Assembly (NCBI GenBank): GCA_963708025.1 | Contig: CAVPSB010000020.1 | Coordinates: 38,275 to 102,274 of the forward strand | Direction: 5' to 3' | DNA: 64,000 nucleotides | From: an uncultured Candidatus Rokubacteria bacterium | GTDB taxonomy: Bacteria > Methylomirabilota > Methylomirabilia > Rokubacteriales > DASRDR01 | Shown here: positions 62,899-64,000 of the stretch, in pieces | Position numbering within the stretch: the stretch's first letter is position 1 | Layout of the letters: each line of letters begins with the position of its first letter | Made by a program: the position numbers and the translations under genes | Notes under the pieces: model-generated | Database searches by the model: none | The model's input: the letters and a program-made list of their open reading frames with translations, nothing else | What the model was told of the DNA's origin: nothing

Positions 62899-63603
62899 TC
62901 AGGTGCGCTCGGCGTAGGAGGCGGTGGCGGCGGCGTAGCCGGCCAGCAGGGGATGCGGGTGGGCCGCCGTGGAGCGGGTCTGCGGCAGGAAGAGCGTGGC
63001 CAGGAAGAACGGGTGATCGGGCAGCTCGACGATGCGGATCTCGCCGTCGTCCCCCACGGCGCTCACGGTCATTCCGGCCGCCTCCAGGCGCGAGCGGTAC
63101 GCCGGATTGACGCCGTAGTTGCAGTAGTAGTCCTCGGCCGCGGTGGCCACGCCGTAGAGCCGGGCGGCCCGCGTCCCGGGGAGGACGGTCACGGTCTGGG
63201 TGGTCCCCACCAGGGAGCAGGCCAGGGGGGTGACCACGAGGCGGGGGGCGTCGGGATTCGTCTCGGCGTGGTCGGCGTCCTCGACCCCGAGGACGTTGCG
63301 CGCGAACTCGACGATCGCGTGCTGGAAGCCGCCTCAGGTGCCGACGAGCGGAACCCCCCGCTCGCGCGCGTAGCGGATCGCGGCCAGCGCCCCCTCCATG
63401 TCGCGGTAGGGGCTGGCCGGCGCGATCCAGATGCCGGCGAACGGGGCGAGGTCCGCCTCGACGGCGTCCCCGATCCGGTCCGTCGCCACCCACTCGAAGC
63501 CCAGACCTAGGTCGGCCAGCGCCCGGTTCGTCGCCAGGTGCGTCGCGTTCTTCGGGTTGAAGTCGCCCACGACGCCGATTCGCCCGCGTGCGGTCGCCGC
63601 CAC
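62899..63603 (-). CDS. Stand-alone CTP-synthase-type glutamine amidotransferase domain, putative selenoprotein (Sec at 63334-63336)
   Basis: ORFs 63334-63678 and 62899-63237 are one frame: AIRYARERGVPLVGT-TGA-GGFQHAIVEFARNVLG..DADHAE...YYCNYGVN...ELPDHPFFLATLF; GTG start after RBS GGGAGG. Confidence 0.85.
63298..63322 (-). promoter_or_regulatory. SECIS-like hairpin
   Basis: GC(A)CGCGA-UC[GUC]GA-GU-UCGCG(C)GC; GU-starting loop 21 nt after UGA. Confidence 0.6.
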
Positions 63604-63756
63604 GTCCCGCCCTCCCTTCGTCACGTCGCGGATCCCGGCGATCCGCGGGATGGCCCTTGCCCGAGGCGCTCCGCGCATAGTATAGATGAGTCACGCTCGG
63701 CGCGACGTGACGTTCTCGCCGAGCGACCACCCGCCAGCTACCAGGGAGGCACGAAG

Positions 63757-64000
63757 GTGAAGAGTGAGCTGTCTCGCCGACAGGTTCTCAAGGGTCTCGG
63801 GCTCTCGGTCGGAGCCGGCACGCTCGGGGCGCCCCGCCGCGCGCGGGCGCAGGCGGCCGGGGCCAAGCCGGTCACGCTCACCTACGTGAACTACAGCGCC
63901 GGCGTGGACAAGCCGATGTGGGACATGCTCGTCGCCGAGTTCAACAAGATCCACCCCCACATCACCGTCAAGTACCAGCCGATCCCCGGGGAGAGCTGGG
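63757..64000 (+). CDS. Tat-exported sugar-type ABC substrate-binding protein (partial, runs off the window)
   Basis: RBS GGGAGG; VKSELSRRQVLKG...VTLTYVNY...AEFNKIHPHITVKYQPIP. Confidence 0.8.
   Translation, partial: MKSELSRRQVLKGLGLSVGAGTLGAPRRARAQAAGAKPVTLTYVNYSAGVDKPMWDMLVAEFNKIHPHITVKYQPIPGESW

Overview
High-GC bacterial genomic DNA. It resembles Candidatus Rokubacteria/Methylomirabilota, inferred only from the zinc-ribbon-cyclase-ATPase-TPR genes and overall gene style. Many genes carry single-base indels, probably long-read errors. Layout: (1) 0-10 kb, toxin-antitoxin modules, a decayed tyrosine recombinase and two tandem zinc-ribbon/class III cyclase/P-loop ATPase/TPR genes. (2) 10-41 kb, an accessory region with ycbB/ycbK, DUF2950/DUF3300, small stress-type genes, an AAC(6')-like GNAT, metE-metF, CapA, a stand-alone THUMP protein, an AIRS-like protein, rtcA, a HAD hydrolase and a Ca2+/H+ antiporter, littered with short gene scraps. 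(3) 41-64 kb, catabolic genes: amidohydrolase, M24 peptidase, PotABCD-type ABC transporter, flavin oxidases, glgP and CoA-transferases. Main discovery: two genes that the ORF track splits at an in-frame TGA are probably selenoproteins. One is a GrdB/PrdB-like protein (U-P-V-C, TGA 56860-56862). The other is a stand-alone CTP-synthase-type glutamine amidotransferase whose catalytic Cys codon is TGA (G-T-U-G-G-F-Q-H, 63334-63336, minus strand). Each TGA is followed by a SECIS-like hairpin, and each gene sits directly upstream of a class III CoA-transferase. A ~95-bp intergenic repeat family occurs three times between them. No rRNA, tRNA or CRISPR array was seen.
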